64,000 bases of DNA, taken from assembly GCA_965197745.1 (NCBI GenBank), contig CBDANS010000007.1, positions 320,001-384,000 on the forward strand, in the 5' to 3' direction. A model generated the notes under the pieces. The model was not told where the DNA came from and did no database searches. It saw only the letters and a list, made by a program, of their open reading frames with translations. This DNA is from Opitutales bacterium (GTDB taxonomy: Bacteria; Verrucomicrobiota; Verrucomicrobiia; Opitutales; PNEW01). Each line of letters opens with the position of its first letter. Position 1 is the stretch's first letter. A program made the translations under genes and the position numbers. Positions 61,250-64,000 of this stretch are shown piece by piece.

Positions 61250-62143
61250 ATGAATGAAGAGGAAATTATATCGCTCTATCAGAATGACGGCTACGTTGTA
61301 TTAAGGGATTTGATTGCCGATTTGGATCTCGATCCAATGCGCGATTATTTATCCGGAAAAGTGAACGAATTTGCCCGCGAACTCTTGAATCAAGGTAAAG
61401 TAAAGACACTTCACGATAGTGAATCTTTTGAACGTCGCCTGGCAGCTCTCAACGAGGAGGCCGCCTTTCCCCCTTGGAATATTTCCCTCAAGTGTTTTGG
61501 CCGTGAATTTTATGACCTTTATAATCATCCCAAAATATTAAGTGTCCTGAGGCAGCTCTTAGGCTTGGAAGTGACCAATCACGGGATTCCGGCACTACGG
61601 ACCAAATTACCTGGTGATCTTAAAACTACCTTCCCCTGGCACCAGGACAGCCTCTATTACAATGAGCCTGTGCGTGGGAAATGGAAGAGTAAGACCGAGC
61701 ACTTGCACGTTGTCACGGTTTGGGTTCCTCTCGTGAATGCGACCATTGAAAATGGCTGCTTGTGGATTATTCCCGGCAGCCACCGGTGGGGATTGCTCAA
61801 AGGCGCTCGATCTGCAGATAATATCGTGCGTATGGAGGATGATGTCGAATCGCGCAGTGAGCCGAAACCCCTGCCGATGAAAGTGGGTGATGTGCTTTTC
61901 CTGACAAATCTGACGATGCATACAAGTAAACTTAATAAAACCCAAAATTCGCGATGGAGTATTGATTTCCGATACCATGCCACGCCGAAAAAGGTTAGCA
62001 TGAAGCAATCGGAAAGCGATGCGGCCCAGTATTTGATTGAGAAAGCGCGATCCCATAAGCGGGAACCACTGATAGTGATTACCGAGGGTCACAAACCTGG
62101 GTGGGAAGAGTGGCTTAAAGCTAATGAGCAATTAAACAATTAG
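61250..62143 (+). CDS. PhyH-family dioxygenase
   Basis: DGYVVLR, PWHQD, VWVPL..ENGCL.IIPGSH, MHTS..N..RWSIDFRY. Confidence 0.9.
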   Translation: MNEEEIISLYQNDGYVVLRDLIADLDLDPMRDYLSGKVNEFARELLNQGKVKTLHDSESFERRLAALNEEAAFPPWNISLKCFGREFYDLYNHPKILSVLRQLLGLEVTNHGIPALRTKLPGDLKTTFPWHQDSLYYNEPVRGKWKSKTEHLHVVTVWVPLVNATIENGCLWIIPGSHRWGLLKGARSADNIVRMEDDVESRSEPKPLPMKVGDVLFLTNLTMHTSKLNKTQNSRWSIDFRYHATPKKVSMKQSESDAAQYLIEKARSHKREPLIVITEGHKPGWEEWLKANEQLNN

Positions 62144-62206
62144 CATTAGTGCGACTTGAGGTGTGCCAAGAGGGGATGAATGCTGCTCTTTTCCATCTTC
62201 AATTAT

Positions 62207-63208
62207 ATGAATACTATTAAAGTGGGGGTAATCGGAGTCGGTCAATTTGGTCGGGAACATATCCTCCATTATGCGTCAATGCCACAGATTGAGGTCGGTG
62301 GAGTGTTTGATGTCGATAAAGCACTGGCAGATACAATTGGCACCGAGTATAACACGAGATCTTATTCCAGCCTGGATGATCTTTATAATGATGAATCAAT
62401 TTCACTGGTCTCCGTCGTTACTCCCGAGGATGCGCACGCAGAACCCTTTGTCAAAGCGGTCGAAGCGGGGAAAGCGGTTTACGTGGAAAAACCATTGGCG
62501 ACAAATTTGACCGATGCCCGGACTATGGCGGAAGCGGCAGAGGGCGCTATTGCTACTTGCGGGTATCTACTTCGGTTCGAATCCCATTATGCTCAAATCA
62601 AACTTCAGATTGCTGAGTATGGTCGGTTGTGCCACATGTATTTTCGGCGACATTGTGATCAACAACTTCATCAGATTTATTCAAGAACCCATCCCGCTCA
62701 ATTAACAATGACACATGATATCAACATTACTCACTGGTACGCGGGGAGTTCATTCAAGCAAGTGATCGCTCGAGAGAGACACTTCAATGATAACAGGCAG
62801 CCCGACCAGATCACGGCAATGATTGAGTGTGAGAACGGTGTAACCGCTACCCTCGAGGCGGACTGGCTCGGTGCAGGTGACGCCGGTCTGCAGCATGATG
62901 ACACCTGTTCTCTTCTTCTCGAAAATGGTGAATTGAATCTTAATTTACCCGGTCAGGATTTCATTTTGAGATCGAATAAAGGAGTGCAGCATATCAACGC
63001 GCCATTTGATCTTGATCTTCACGGACAAAAGTACGGCCCATTAAGAGCGGCTCTCGATGACATCGTCAATTGCACGCTTAAACAGACAAAGCCAACAATC
63101 AACACCATTGAAGATGCCGTGGAAACGGTGGCCACCGTGGATGCGGTAATGCAATCTGCTCTGGAATCAAGACCGATAACAAGAAAGGAAATCTATGCCC
63201 ATCATTGA
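62207..63208 (+). CDS. Gfo/Idh/MocA family oxidoreductase
   Basis: GVIGVGQFG, AGKAVYVEKP, MTHDI. Confidence 0.88.
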   Translation: MNTIKVGVIGVGQFGREHILHYASMPQIEVGGVFDVDKALADTIGTEYNTRSYSSLDDLYNDESISLVSVVTPEDAHAEPFVKAVEAGKAVYVEKPLATNLTDARTMAEAAEGAIATCGYLLRFESHYAQIKLQIAEYGRLCHMYFRRHCDQQLHQIYSRTHPAQLTMTHDINITHWYAGSSFKQVIARERHFNDNRQPDQITAMIECENGVTATLEADWLGAGDAGLQHDDTCSLLLENGELNLNLPGQDFILRSNKGVQHINAPFDLDLHGQKYGPLRAALDDIVNCTLKQTKPTINTIEDAVETVATVDAVMQSALESRPITRKEIYAHH

Positions 63209-64000
63209 TACCCACATACATTTGTTTGATCGACCCTTTGCGTTGGCATTCAATGCCGATCATATCAAGAGAGGACCGGAAGGAGAGGTGACCCAGTATG
63301 AAAATTTTCGCCGCACTCATGATATTTCTCATGCATTCATCATATGCTACGAATATCGCCCGAATCCCAGGAATAACGAATACGTCTTAAATCTTTCTAA
63401 ACGTCGCAAGTGGATCCTTCCCTTCGGATTTCTGAGGTCCAATCCCACGACGATGGCAAGGCATGCGGCGAAGCTTTTAAAGAAGAAATTTTTCGGTCTG
63501 ACGTTTTACCCGGATTCCACTGACGGCGTTTGGAATACCAAAAGCACCCGTTGGATGGCCGAGCGTAAAATGCATGACTTCTGGGCTCTGGTGGAGGAGC
63601 AAGAGGTGCCGGTTAGTATAAACATGAGTTACCGAAGTATTCCAACCCTGCTTAAAGCGCTGGATCGTTACCCAAATTGTATCTTGTTGCTCGCTCACAT
63701 GGCCTTCCCAGTCGTTAAAAACGGAAAATTGAACAAACCCTTTCTGGTCACTAAAGAACTAAAAAATTACCCCAATGTGTTTGTTAAGTTATCCGGCTTT
63801 TATGATTTATCTGCGAAAGGGTGGAAGTACCCTCAGGACGATATGTTTCCCGCGGTGGACTTTTTGCGTGATCATTTTACGCCCAAGCGCCTGTTGTTTG
63901 CGTCGGACGCCGCTCCGGTCCTGCCATTCAATACCATGAAACAGACGGTGGAAATGTTGCGAACGGAATATCGTGGTTTTTCCAAAAAAGAGATTCAGGA
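63195..64000 (+). CDS. Amidohydrolase_2 family protein, 3'-truncated by the window edge (absent from the ORF track)
   Basis: MPIIDTHIHLF..., LLAHMA, NVFVKLSG, LLFASD; RBS AAGGA. Confidence 0.82.
   Translation, partial: MPIIDTHIHLFDRPFALAFNADHIKRGPEGEVTQYENFRRTHDISHAFIICYEYRPNPRNNEYVLNLSKRRKWILPFGFLRSNPTTMARHAAKLLKKKFFGLTFYPDSTDGVWNTKSTRWMAERKMHDFWALVEEQEVPVSINMSYRSIPTLLKALDRYPNCILLLAHMAFPVVKNGKLNKPFLVTKELKNYPNVFVKLSGFYDLSAKGWKYPQDDMFPAVDFLRDHFTPKRLLFASDAAPVLPFNTMKQTVEMLRTEYRGFSKKEIQ

Overview
Bacterial chromosomal window of moderate GC, probably Verrucomicrobiota/Opitutae-like (inferred from gene style only, and likely a metagenome assembly). It is mostly housekeeping and catabolic genes: fkpA-like PPIase, tenA, cstA operon, metE, guaB, menC/menE, ybbP-ybbA/tesA, fused gcvP, nth, clpB, bdhA, lpxD. 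Paralogous catabolic enzymes are expanded (4 PhyH dioxygenases, 3 Gfo/Idh/MocA, 2 aldo-keto reductases, 2 amidohydrolases). Highlights: (1) a complete 3.86-kb IS1595-family element (27-bp TIRs, 8-bp TSD) carrying a single-chain type IIG-like restriction-modification gene and a small basic ORF, which splits a PhyH gene; (2) an IS1-like element with passenger genes inside a DUF4336 gene, whose transposase half is a base-level mosaic with host sequence (probably a consensus of insertion-plus and insertion-minus alleles); (3) a gene-free region at about 21.95-22.65 kb with two paralogous candidate sRNA units, each with an ECF-sigma-like promoter, covarying hairpins and a GGGG-loop terminator; (4) several REP-like and heptamer inverted repeats, a candidate sigma54 promoter before clpB, and three apparent frameshifts. 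No rRNA, tRNA or CRISPR array was seen. All family assignments are from motif recognition, not database searches.
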